In this document: positions 11,613 to 23,229 of the stretch, in pieces
How positions within the stretch are numbered: the first letter of the stretch is position 1
Layout: each line of letters begins with the position of its first letter
NCBI RefSeq assembly: GCF_018350175.1
Contig: NC_058373.1
Coordinates: 113,338,001 to 113,402,000 of the forward strand
From: Felis catus
Taxonomy: Eukaryota
Reading direction: 5' to 3'
Length of the DNA: 64,000 nucleotides
Notes under the pieces: generated by a model
What the model saw: the letters and a program-made list of their open reading frames with translations, nothing else
The model's database searches: none
Told to the model about the DNA's origin: nothing
Program-made: the position numbers and the translations under genes

Positions 11613-14600
11613 GTAAGTAGCTGGATTTGAGATGTCTGTGATGGCCGGTAACGGACCAGTTCAGTCTCCCCTTATATCCAGGGACTGCCCAGTATCCGCT
11701 GTGTTCTTGGGAAGCATCTCTCATCCTCCCTTGGATTCCATCTGCAGTTCAAGATCTACCCGGGAGTCTTCAGGCAGTCTTGTTGCAATAAAGAGAGTAA
11801 CTGTGTGTGGAAGGCAAGGAGGTGGAGTGACGCAGGACCCGGAGCAAGCTTAGTGGCTACCAAGCAGTGCTGAGAATGCTCGCTCCATTTAACCGCTCAG
11901 CTTTTCCCCCTCAAATTCTAGTTCTCTTAACTCTGTCATGAGGCGCTTCTGATTCATCAGTCTAGCCAGTTTCCTCTCTCCATGTCATTTGTTTCCTCCC
12001 CAGGATGAATAGCCTTATCTTACTGTAAGCAGAGCCTTAGATCAGTATTTCTCAAACTTTTCCCTGATTATGAAAATCACTTGGGTTACTTGTTTTGTTG
12101 TTTGTTTTTATTTTTGAGTGAGAGAGAAACAGATTGGGTTACTTGTTAAAAATACAGGGTCCTAGGCTCCTCCATGGAATAGTCTGGTTTATTGGCTCTG
12201 TGGTGGGATCCAGACATGTGCATTTTCACAAGTGCCCAGGTAATCCGCAGTAAAGTTGCAGTTGTGTGATTAGGATAGTACTCTAAACTTATTGAAGCTG
12301 ACCCACAGATAAATGCTATTTATATAGTAATAGAGAACACTTCTTTTGGTAAGAAGGCACCAAATTCCAACTTGAATGGGAGGAATGTTCTTCCTTTTAT
12401 TTTACCTGGACGTTTCTAGCTGCTTTTTAAGGTCATTTCCTCCATTCACATTAGGACCATTCACAGATCTTTTCTGAAGCTGTAAATGCAAAACGCATGG
12501 CAACAGGGAGCTGTAGGTCCTGAAGATAATCATGTGGAATCTAGGTGAACTACAACTCCTTTCCCTACTCTTGCTTTGAAATCTCCTCTGCTGATCATTG
12601 AGTTCATTAGGGTGGATCATCTCCTAAAACAGAGGAATAATGAAGTCACCAAAATCACCTTGAGTTGAGGTGTACTTCATATACCTCTGGCTACGTCTAG
12701 ATATGGTGTCTTTGGTTGAATACTCAAAACTTTTCTCTGTTAAATAATTAAAGTTCCTTCAATAGGGTCTCTTAATCATTTTTTTAACATTTATTTATTT
12801 TTGAGACAGGGAGAGACAGCATGAACGGGGGAGGGTCAGAGAGAGAGGGAGACACAGAATCTGAAACAGGTTCCAGGCTCTGAGCTGTCAGCACAGAGCC
12901 TGATGCGGGGCTCGAACTCATGGACCGCGAGATCATGACCTGAGCCGAAGTCGGATGCTTAACCGACTGAGCCACCCAGGTGCCCCGATTTTTTAAAAAA
13001 GTTTATTTATTTTGAGAGAATGAGAGAAAGCACTAGTGAGCATATATGCGTGCCCTCCAGGAAGGGGCAGAGAGAGAGGGAGGGAGGGAGAATCCCAAGC
13101 AGACTCCATTCTGTCAGCACAGAGCCTGACATGGGGCTTGAACTCATGACCTGAGATCGTGAGATCGTGACCTGAGCTGAAACCAAGAGTCAGTTGCTCA
13201 ACCAACTGAGCCACTCAGGTGCCCCTCTTTCTTGATCATTTTAATAACTCTCCAGGTTCATCAGTGAAGATTAAAGATAAATTGAGATTTAGTTTTAATG
13301 TCATAAAGAAGTTTCTATTCCTGTTTATAAATGAGGATACTGTCCCTTTAAATCCCTTTTTAAGTTTATTTATTTTGAGAGAGAGAGTGAGTGGGAGAGG
13401 GACAGAGAGAGGGAGAGTGAGAGAATGCCAGGCAGGCTCCACGCTGTCAGCACAGAGCCTGATGTGTGTGGGGCTGTATCCTGGGACCCTGGGATTGTGA
13501 CCTGAGCCGAAATCAAGAGTCAGACGCTCAAATGACTGAGCTACCCAGGTGCCCCAAAACCCTTTTTAAAGGCATCGTTTTACACTGAAGACAACAATTT
13601 CTGGTGATCGCTGGTTTTTAATACTGGATAAACCTCTGCAGCCCATCTGATGAACTGGGCCCGGCCTTGCTCGAATTGCCTGCTCAGTGCTCAGCTCTAC
13701 CTTAAGAGACTGATGAATCCATTTCAGCCTCTGACACAGGACACATTTATAATATTCAGCTGAGGCTGCTGATTGAAGGGGGAAGGGCACATTTATAGCA
13801 ACTTCCCTTACTCATGCTTTGTAGACCTTTCCTGTCCTAGCTCATGGAATTTTCCCACTCCAACCTGGGAAAGGCCATTCTCCCTCAAGTACTACTCCCT
13901 CAAATAACTCCTCTGTAAACGCTCAACCTACAGTGATGGTGAAGCTTCGGTTTATTTGGTCTTCCCTTTAATTTTTTCAGATATTTTCAGTTTTACAATT
14001 TATATCCTTACCCTGTAGCAGACTGGAAGGCCAGTATCAACAGCAGCCCAAAATAGAATCTCATTGCATATTAATATGATTGTGGCACTCAGCAGATTTC
14101 CAGCATGTGGTTTTGGCTAATCTCCAAAAATATGGTGGAGAAAGGTACCATGAGAAGTTTCCAGCTATATTGTGAAACAGTACTAAAGTAGTACTTTCGA
14201 AGAAGCAGCATGGGTCAAATTTGAGGGGACAGAAGACTCATGGAAAGGTAACATTCACAAATCCCTTTGTTCCTTGCTTTCAAGTCTGCTGTCACAGGCT
14301 GCTGGTGTTGTCATAGCATTGGTCAAACTTCCTGTTTTCTTAAATGAATGTATTTGACTTAGTGTCTGCTTTTGGTTTTCCCTTTTCCTGGGTTTGGTAA
14401 GGACACCAATAATGGTTCCTCTGTCAGGTAACCACTTATTTTAGTATATAAGGAGAGCCTGAGAGAAATGAAGAGGCAATTGCTCTGGCAAGGCTCAGAT
14501 GCGGTACCTCTGCTCCTGATTCTGGTTAGCTCTGACAGCCATGGTAATTTGCCCCTTTTTTCTTCAGAGGTTAAAGGAGTGTTCTGTGGAGGGAAGATAG

Positions 14601-16019
14601 CTGTAAACTGAGATGAACGGTTTTCGGCCTTTATCATTGTAATTAGGTAATTTGACTCAGCTGTGGTACTGAAAGGAGGTTCCAGCCACTGAAACAACCA
14701 TCTAAATTAACTGCCGCTGTGACCAAGCCAAGAGTCCCGGAGTTTATTCAGGAAGCCATGTGGGAGCTACTCTGATTACCCTCAACTAGGCTAGAGACCT
14801 TTGTTCTTCCTGTTCCATTTGGTGCTCTATCAGATAGAACAGAAATCTCTTTGGTTGAGACCCAAGAATCTGGTCTGCTTCAGGAAGAACGAGAGAGGGC
14901 CCGAGGTAGCTGCTTCACGTGAAGATCTGAAGTATGAGAGCTGTTCATTTGGTACAGATTGGTGTGTGAGTTCAGGGGTGTGTATTTGCTTTCAGTGGTT
15001 GGTAGAGAAAATCAGCATTCATGGGTCTAGTTGTATAATACTGCTACTTGAGCCTGGCTTCCACCCTGCTGTTCCACTGAAACTACCTTGAGCAAGCCCA
15101 CGGATTTGTCAGCCTTTATTTTGCTGGACCTCTCTATTGTACAACTGACCACTGTATTCTGGAAATACTCTGTTAGCAGACACTATTCCCTTTTGAGTCT
15201 CTTCTCTCCATTGACTCCTGGACTCCTCTGTGGGATCTTCCCCTCCTTCCCAACCCTCAAATATTGACTCCAGTGTCCCTCTAATTTTGTTCTAAGCCTC
15301 CCCTGCCCTCTCACAGGTGTCTCAAACTCAACTTGTTTAAAACAAAATTCATTATCTTCTCCCTCAAATCCACTTCTCCTGCTGTCTTTCCACTGTCTGT
15401 TTCATGCTATCACTCGTCATCCAGTTTACTCAAGTCCAACTCTAAGACCATCACAATCTTTTGCTTCTTCTGTTTTGTACCTTACATGTTGATCACAAAG
15501 TCTTGTTTGTTTTTTTTTCCTCCTAAATGATTAAAGTCCTTCAGCATAATGGTACTGCTGTACTTGTGTCCTCCTGACACCTGACTATAACTTTACAATG
15601 ATATCTTTTGTCCCATTCTTGCCTTCCTTGGTTCACATTCTTTGCTGCCACCAGAGTGAGCTAAGACTGTTTCTCCTTGGCTTAGTTTTACATGCATCCA
15701 TGCTTCTCAGTCTTGTCATTCATATGCTCTCTTTGCTAATTTGCCATATTTTTCATTTTGGTGTTTTTCTTTAAATTGGACTTAAATCCTCATATGTTTA
15801 AAATGTAGCCTGGCCCTATAATAAATGGTGAAATCTCAGGCTTGTACTAGATACAGTTTTCTAATACACTCTCATTTAATAGTTTTACATTTTGGTATCT
15901 GTGCTTCAGCCCCTAGTGCTGTGTGTTCCACGTGTCAACCAAAAGGACAGCTTCCACATAATTTGACCCTAATCTACCTCAGCCTTCTCTCCACCCACAT
16001 TCTGCCTTATTTTCATTGT

Positions 16020-16420
16020 AGCTAGAGTTGTGGGCACTTGACCTAGGCTCCACCAACAGAAGCACCCATCTTAAACTTTGACTTGAGATTCAAGAAGAAA
16101 GGGCAGCAAAGAGTTAATTTTGTGATGGGCAGGGGTGGTAGCAATGCTAGCAGTGGCTTCTGTCCAGTCTTGGTGGGGTCAGCCATGCCAGCTGCATGCG
16201 GTTCGTCTTCCCAGTAGTGGAGGTGACCGTAGCAATAGGCTCTTTCCTGGACCATCCAGCAGTATGACTTTTGGAGGCTTTATTCCTGGTAATATGGCCT
16301 TTAAAGCAGATACTGGCTCTCTTAAAGACTCTGGGAATTGCCCAAATTGAATAAATTGCTTTTCTGCTGTAATTAGCCAGAATAGGTTTCTGTTGCTTGC
16401 AGCTTAGAGATCCTGATTGA
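16020..16420. mobile_element. MaLR (MLT1) LTR; similar elements at ~21010-21430 and ~29530-29915
   Basis: 3' motif aataaattgctttt...ttagccagaataggtttctgttgcttgcagc. Confidence 0.6.
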
Positions 16421-17889
16421 TACCTAGTTTACATATTCCAGTGAGGAAAAAATTGCCACGTGGACTGCAATATTCAAAATCCTCCCTCTTTCTAGGCCCT
16501 TGATGATAAATTCTTGTTCTTTTGGTTGCTTTTTCCCTAGTACTTGACACAGTCTTCTTGTAAGTTAATATAACTCATTAGGTTACAGTTTCTTTGGCCG
16601 TAAGTTAACTTAGGACTGTATCTTCATCTTTTTGGATTTTAGCAACTCCCTGTTCTCTTGGTGCTTTGATTTCTGAACCATCATGTTCCTTAATGTGACT
16701 TGGGAAAAGAGCCTCAAGTTTTAAAGATATTTTCAAGTTCCAGGCATGCCTGACTGTAGTAATGTGTTACTGTGACTTAAAAATTATTTTTAAACAATTT
16801 ATTTTTTACATTTTATTTTATTTTTTTGAGAGAGAGAGAGAGAGAGAGAGAGCGAGTGAGCACAAGTAGGGGGTGGGAGGGATGAGGCGAGGGAGAGGGA
16901 GACACAGAATCCGAAGCAGGCTCCAGGCTCTGAGCTGTCAACACAGAGCCCAACGCAGGGCTTGAACTCACAAACCGTGAGATCATGACCTGAGCTGAAG
17001 TCGGACGCTTAACCGACTGAGCCACCCAGGCACCCCTAAAAATCATTTTTAATATTCTAGATCTTAAGTATATATCTAAAGAGGGTTACAAGATTGTACA
17101 CATTTGCTAAAACTCGAACTTAAAATGTGAGTAATATAGAGTATGCATCAAAGCTTTTCAAACATCACTTTCAGGTTTCTTTAAAAAAAATTTTTTTTAG
17201 GGGCGCCTGGGTGGCTCAGTCGGTTAAGCGTCCGACTTCAGCCCGGGTCACAATTTCGGGGTCCGTGAGTTCGAGCCCCGCGTCGGGCTCTGGGCTGATG
17301 GCTCAGAGCCTGGAGCCTGCTTCCGATTCTGTCTCCCTCTCTCTCTGCCCCTCCCCCGTTCATGCTCTGTCTCTCTCTGTCTCAAAAATAAATAAATGTT
17401 AAAAAAATTTTTTTTTTAATTTTTTAAATGTTTATTTTTGAGAGAGAGCACGTTTGAGTGGGGGAGGGGCAGAGAGTGAGGGAGACAGATGATCTGAAGC
17501 AGGCTTCTGCTGACAGTGGAAAGCCTGATGCAGCTCTGTGGGGCTCAAACCCACAAACTGTGAGATCATGACCTGAGCCAAAGTTGGATGCTTAGCTGAA
17601 TGAGCCAGCCAGGCACCTCTCAGGTTTATTTCTCAAGAACAGCTTTTAGGGGCGCCTGGGTGGCTTAGTCGGTTAAGCGTCCGACTTCGGCTCAGGTCAT
17701 GATCTCAAGGTTCATGGGTTCGAGTCCTGCATTGGGCTCTGTGCTGACAGCTCAGAGCCTGCAGCGGGTTTCAGATTCTGTGTCTCCCTCTCTCTCTGCC
17801 CCTCCCCCCACTCGTGCTATGTTGCCCTCTGTCTCAAAAATAAGTAAACATTAAAAAAAAAAAAACAGCTTGTAGTCCCTACAAACTAA

Positions 17890-18270
17890 CAAGTTCATTC
17901 ACTAACTTTTATATTCAAAAAATTTGAGTACTGCTAAGGCTTAGATACTGGGAATATAATAGTGAACAGAACAAATCCTTGTTATCTTAGAGCTCATTCT
18001 AATGAAGAGTGGTTGGAAACAGACATAAGTAAAATCTACAGTATGTCAGATGGTAATGGGTACTGTGGAATAAATGAAGCAAGGAGTGGTGAATACTAAG
18101 TAAACATTGCATATGTAGATGGAGAGGCCTCACTCAGAGGGAGTCATGTGAGCAGACCTTTGTCAGGTGAAGAAAGGAACGAGGTGCATATCTGGAAGCA
18201 TTTTAGGCAGATGAAACAGTAAGACTCAGAGACAGAAAGGTGTCTGGAATGTTCAGGGAACAAAAGCCAC
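17890..18270 (-). mobile_element. L2 fragment
   Basis: gatactgggaatataatagtgaac...gagctcattcta...ggaatgttcagggaac. Confidence 0.6.
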
Positions 18271-18619
18271 TACTGAGCTCTAGCCAGTGATTGCTGCATG
18301 GGAAGGGGGGGAGGGCTTTCTAAGCTTCTCTCCAATTTTTCAAGAAAAGCCAGAAATATGGATTTTTATGGTAGATCTGCATTGTTTTTTATTTTATTTT
18401 ATTTTTTAACGTTTATTTATTTTTGAGACAGAGAGAGACAGAGCATGAATGGGGGAGGGTCAGAGAAAGAGGGAGACACAGACTCCAGGCTCCGAGCTGT
18501 CAGCACAGAGCCTGACGTGGGGCTCGAACTCACGAACCGTGAGATCATTACCTGAGCCGAAGTCGGACGCTCAACGGACTGAGCCATCCAGGTGCCCCTG
18601 ATCTGCATTGTTTTAAGAA

Positions 18620-19750
18620 ATCTATATCCATACAATGGAGTATTATTGAACCATAAAAAGGAATGAATTGCTAATTCATGCTACAGTATGGGTAAATGTT
18701 GAAAGCATTATACTCAGTAAAAGAAAGTAGGTACAAAGGCCACATTGCATGATTCCATTTATATGAATTGTCCAGAATAGGCAAACCCATAGAGACCGAA
18801 AGTAGACTAGTTCAGGGACTAGTGGGGAGAAGGCAATGGGGAGTGGCTGGCAGTGGGCACTGGTTTCTTTCTGGAGGGTGATGAAGCTGTTCTGTAATTA
18901 GTAATTTGCTTAGCAATATGCTGTGGCAAGAGCATATATCACTGGTGTACATGAATAAAGGCAAATCTCTTAAAGACATTGGGATTTGGCAAATATCCCT
19001 ATAACCAGTCTTATAAAGGCAGCAAAGAATTTAACTTACACGTTTTATTTCAAAGTTGTTTGATCCATTTGTCATGTTCTAGACATTGTGCTACGCTCTT
19101 GCTATAGTGTCATTCTTAATTTGTTAAGAACAAATGATACCTGTGAGAATGGCCAGCATCAAAAAACCCAGAAACTAACAAGCATTGGTGAGAATGTGGA
19201 GATATTAGAAACCCTTGTGCACTGTTGGTGGGAATGTAAAATAACTTAGCTGCTGTCAAATACAATATAGTGGTTCCTTGGAAAATTAAAAATAAAGTTA
19301 ACATGTGACCCAGCAATTTCACTTCAGGCATATACCCCAAAGAATTGAAAGCAAGGTCTTTAAGAGCTATTTATAGACCCATGTTCATAGCATTATACAC
19401 AATAACAAAAAGGTATTCATACAACGGAATATTAGCCTTAAAAAAGGAAGGAAATTCTGACATATGTTGTAACATGGGTGAAACTTGAGAACATTATGCT
19501 GAGTGAAAGAAGTCACAAAAAGACAAATGCTATATGATTCCACTTATGAGGTACCTAGAGAAATCAAATTCATAGAGACAGAAAACAGAATGGTGGTTGC
19601 CAGCGACTGGGGGAAGGGAGAATGAAGAAATATTGTTTAATGGGTACAGAATTTCAGTTTTGCAAGATGAAAAGAATCCTAGAGGTGGATGGTAGTTAAA
19701 ACAGTTATATAAAAATATGAATGTGCTTAATACCACTTAAAAATGGTTTT
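18620..19750 (+). mobile_element. Old L1 (L1MB-type) ORF2-end and 3'UTR fragments
   Basis: atccatacaatggagtattat...; gaaacccttgtgcactgttggtgggaatgtaaa; tatgattccacttatgagg. Confidence 0.8.
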
Positions 19751-22293
19751 TAGGGGCGCCTGCGTGGCTTAGTTGGTTAAGTGTCTGACTTCAGGTCATG
19801 ATCTCATGGTTTGTGAGTTTGAGCCCTGTGTCAGGCTCTGTGCTGACAGCTCAGAGCCTGGAGCCTGTTTCATATTCTGTGTCTCCTCTTTCTGCCCCTC
19901 CCCTGCTTGAGTTCTGTCTCTCTCAAAAATAAGTGAGCATTAAAAAAAATTTTTTTTAAATGGTTATTTTTAGGGGCACCTGGGTGGCTCAGTCAGTTAA
20001 ACGTCTGACTTTGGCTCAGGTCAGATCTCGCGGTCCGCGAGTTCGAGCCCCGCGTCGGGCTCTGTGCTGACAGCTGGGAGCCTGGAGCCTGCTTCAGATT
20101 CTGTGTCTCCCTGTCTGCCCCTACCTGGCTTGCACTCTGTCTCTGTCTCTCTCTCTCTCAAAAATAAATAAAACATTAAAAAAAAAATTTATGGTTATTT
20201 TTAAAATAGATTTTTAAAGTTTTTATTTATTTATTTTGAGAGAGACAGAGAGAGTGGGGGGGGGGGCAAAGAAAGAGGGAGAGAGAGAATTCCAAGCAAG
20301 CTCCACATTGTCAGCACAAAGCCTGATGCAGCTCAAACCCACGAACTGTGAGATGATGACCTGAGCCAAAACCAAGAGTCAGACGCCTAACCTGATGGAG
20401 CCACCCCCCAAAATGGATATTTTTATGTGTATTTTACCACAATTTAAAGGAAACCTTAATTCATATTCTATTCTAACTTATTTTTTAAGAACAAGGTTGT
20501 AGCTTCTCTTAAGACATAAAAATGCCACGTGCTTGAATTTTTTTGGCTTCTTAGCACACTGTTTTGCTCTATAAATAAAAGCTGAGGATGAACAAACAAA
20601 AAAAGTAAAGTATGTCCTGAAGACTTCGAGAAACTTTCCCAAGGCCCTACGGTCAGCAGAAGTAGTTGAGAATCTCATTTCTTGCTGTATATGACCTGAT
20701 GGCTGGATTGGTGCAGTCAGCTGCCTTCTCAGCTCTTGCGGCAGCCAAAGAAACTCCATGGCACCATCATAAGTGGGTGGTCTCCTATTTCTTAAAGTCC
20801 TGTGTGTTCCTAGTGTATTCCCTCTCTCATTTCCCATGACAGATACTTCAAGTCTTTACCCATAATCCTCATGGCTCTGTCTTTCCAACTAAGGCATGGA
20901 CTCCTTTACAGTTCTTCTCCCTGTCATCCCCCAATTAGTTGTATCGACCCACTCTCAGAGGATGAGGGATCCAGTCCTAACAGTATTAGGGAGAAGCGTG
21001 TGAAAAGAGCACAAAATAACAATGGCTTAAGAAAAATAGTTTCACTCTCCAGTAAACAGAATCTGGAGAGAAGTCCAGAGCTGGTTTGGCCGCTCTGTAA
21101 GTTCAGACCTAGATTCTTACCTTGCTGTGTTACCAGCAAGGCCTCTGTCTAGTGGTCCCAGATGGTGTGGCCTCGTTTCTGGCAGCAGGGCGCAAGAATG
21201 GACAGAAGTGGGCAAAGGGAGAACTCTGTGCTTTCCCTTAAGGGAAGTTCCCAAGAAGTTGCAGGATGTTTCTGCTTATCGTTTTGAACCCAAAGGGCCA
21301 CATGGCCACACCAAGGAACAAGGGAAGATGTCGAGTTTAGTTTCCATTCTAAGAGGTCATGCTCCCAACTGAAGTTCTGTCTCTGCAGAAGAAGTGAAGG
21401 ACAGATCTTGGACAAGTTAACAGTCATACCACTTCCCTAGGTTCTAGATCCCATCTCTCCTGACCTTTGAGTGTTCTTGTTCTAACAATTATCCCTTCCC
21501 TCCCTTTGTTCTGCAAATCTTACCGTCCTGCCATCCTCCTTGGTCTTTATGTAGCCTTCCAGCTGTTGTCCAGTTGTTTCTCTTCCGAGCCACCATCCTG
21601 GCTTCTCTGCTGCCCTTTCACACTGCAATTTGCTATAATCTGACGTCTTGAGCCATCATTGCAAAGAAACTGGTTTTGCCGAGGTCTCAGACCTCCTACT
21701 TCCTAACACAGTAGACACTGCAACATTCACCTTATTCAACACTGTCTGCCACACCTTTATTGAAACAGACACCATTCTCTTCTGGTTTTAGCTCTCTGGT
21801 TGCTTTGCTAGATCTTCTGCTACCCACCCTTTACATGATGGTGTTCCTCATGGGTTCTCTGCCCTTGATCCTCTTGGTTTAATGTTGTCTCAATTGGCAG
21901 TTTGTCCATTCCCATGGCTTTTCTGTCACCTGTATGCTGATGCCTCCAAAGCTTTATTTCCAATACTTGTTTCTGCTCTCAGCTCCAAACCTGTATCCCA
22001 GCTGGCTTCCATGTGTATATTCTTTTTAACTTTCTTATTATGGAAGTGTACAAACATAACAAAAGTAGATACAGTGACATAGTGCATTTGTCGTGTCTGT
22101 TGCCCAAGCATCAATCATCAATACATGGCAATAACCCTACTCCATGCCTTTCACAGCAAATCACAGACACCCTGTTGTTTTATCTGCAAATACTTCATTA
22201 GATATCTTCAAAATATAAGAGTTCTTTAAAATTTAACCATAATACTATTATCATACCTAAAAGAATATCAAATGCCCAGTGTTGGATAAATAT

Positions 22294-22294
<1 letters not shown>

Positions 22295-22331
<37 letters not shown>
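22295..22331. repeat. (AAT)n microsatellite
   Basis: Read directly. Confidence 0.95.
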
Positions 22332-22333
<2 letters not shown>

Positions 22334-22445
22334 CTCCTCCCAACCAAGAGAACCTTTCCATAAAGGTAGTAGAGAAAGCAGTTATTGAATAAGCATTCAA
22401 TCAGGAAATCTGCTAAGAGATTGCAAAGATAAAGAAATCTCCCTT

Positions 22446-22681
22446 GGGGCGCCTGGGTGGCGCAGTTGGTTAAGCGTCCGACTTCAGCCAGGTCACGATC
22501 TCGCGGTCCGTGAGTTCGAGCCCTGCATCAGGCTCTGGGCTGATGGCTCGGAGCCTGGAGCCTGTTTCCGATTCTGTGTCTCCCTCTCTCTCTGCCCCTC
22601 CCCCGTTCATGCTCTGTCTCTCTCTGTCCCAAAAATAAATAAACGTTGAAAAAAAAAAAATTAAAAAAAAAAAAAAAAAAA
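22446..22681 (+). mobile_element. Young feliform CanSINE
   Basis: CpG-rich, long A tail, TSD AAAGAAATCTCCC (22431-22443, 22682-22694). Confidence 0.92.
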
Positions 22682-23008
22682 AAAGAAATCTCCCGGGTGC
22701 AGCCCATTACATGTTTTCAAGATAAATAATAACTAGTCCTCTGGTTAGAGGATTTGACAGTAACATTTGTCAGAGCTCATCCTAACTTTATCATAGAAAT
22801 TTGAACAACCACCAGAGGAAAACAAACTTCTCATATCCTAAGGCAGGAGGTATTTTAGCAAATTGGGGCAGGCTGCCCACCCCTTGTGCCCACAGAAGTG
22901 AGCCTCTGAATTTCCAGTCATTGAGGGAAACATTCCTGGGGTAGGAGACTGACAAGAGGCTTATTTAATGTTATAAACATTTACATGCATTTGAAAAGGA
23001 CAGAGAAG

Positions 23009-23229
23009 GGGGCGCCTGGGTGGCGTAGTCGGTTAAGCGTCTGACTTCAGCCAGGGCACGATCTCGCGGTCCGTGAGTTCGACCCCCGCGTCAGGCTCTG
23101 GGCTGATGGCTCGGAGCCTGGAGCCTGTTTCCGATTTTGTGTCTCCCTCTCTCTCTGCCCCTCCCCCATTCATGCTCTGTCTCTCTCTGTCCCAAAAATA
23201 AATAAAAAACGTTGAAAAAAAAATTTAAA
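23009..23229 (+). mobile_element. Young feliform CanSINE
   Basis: TSD GAAAAGGACAGAGAAGG (22993-23009, 23230-23246). Confidence 0.92.

Noticed and set aside
11254..11724. 156-aa - strand ORF (and a 141-aa ORF at 36486-36911)
   Set aside because: Antisense to ARG2 exons 2 and 4; no recognisable protein
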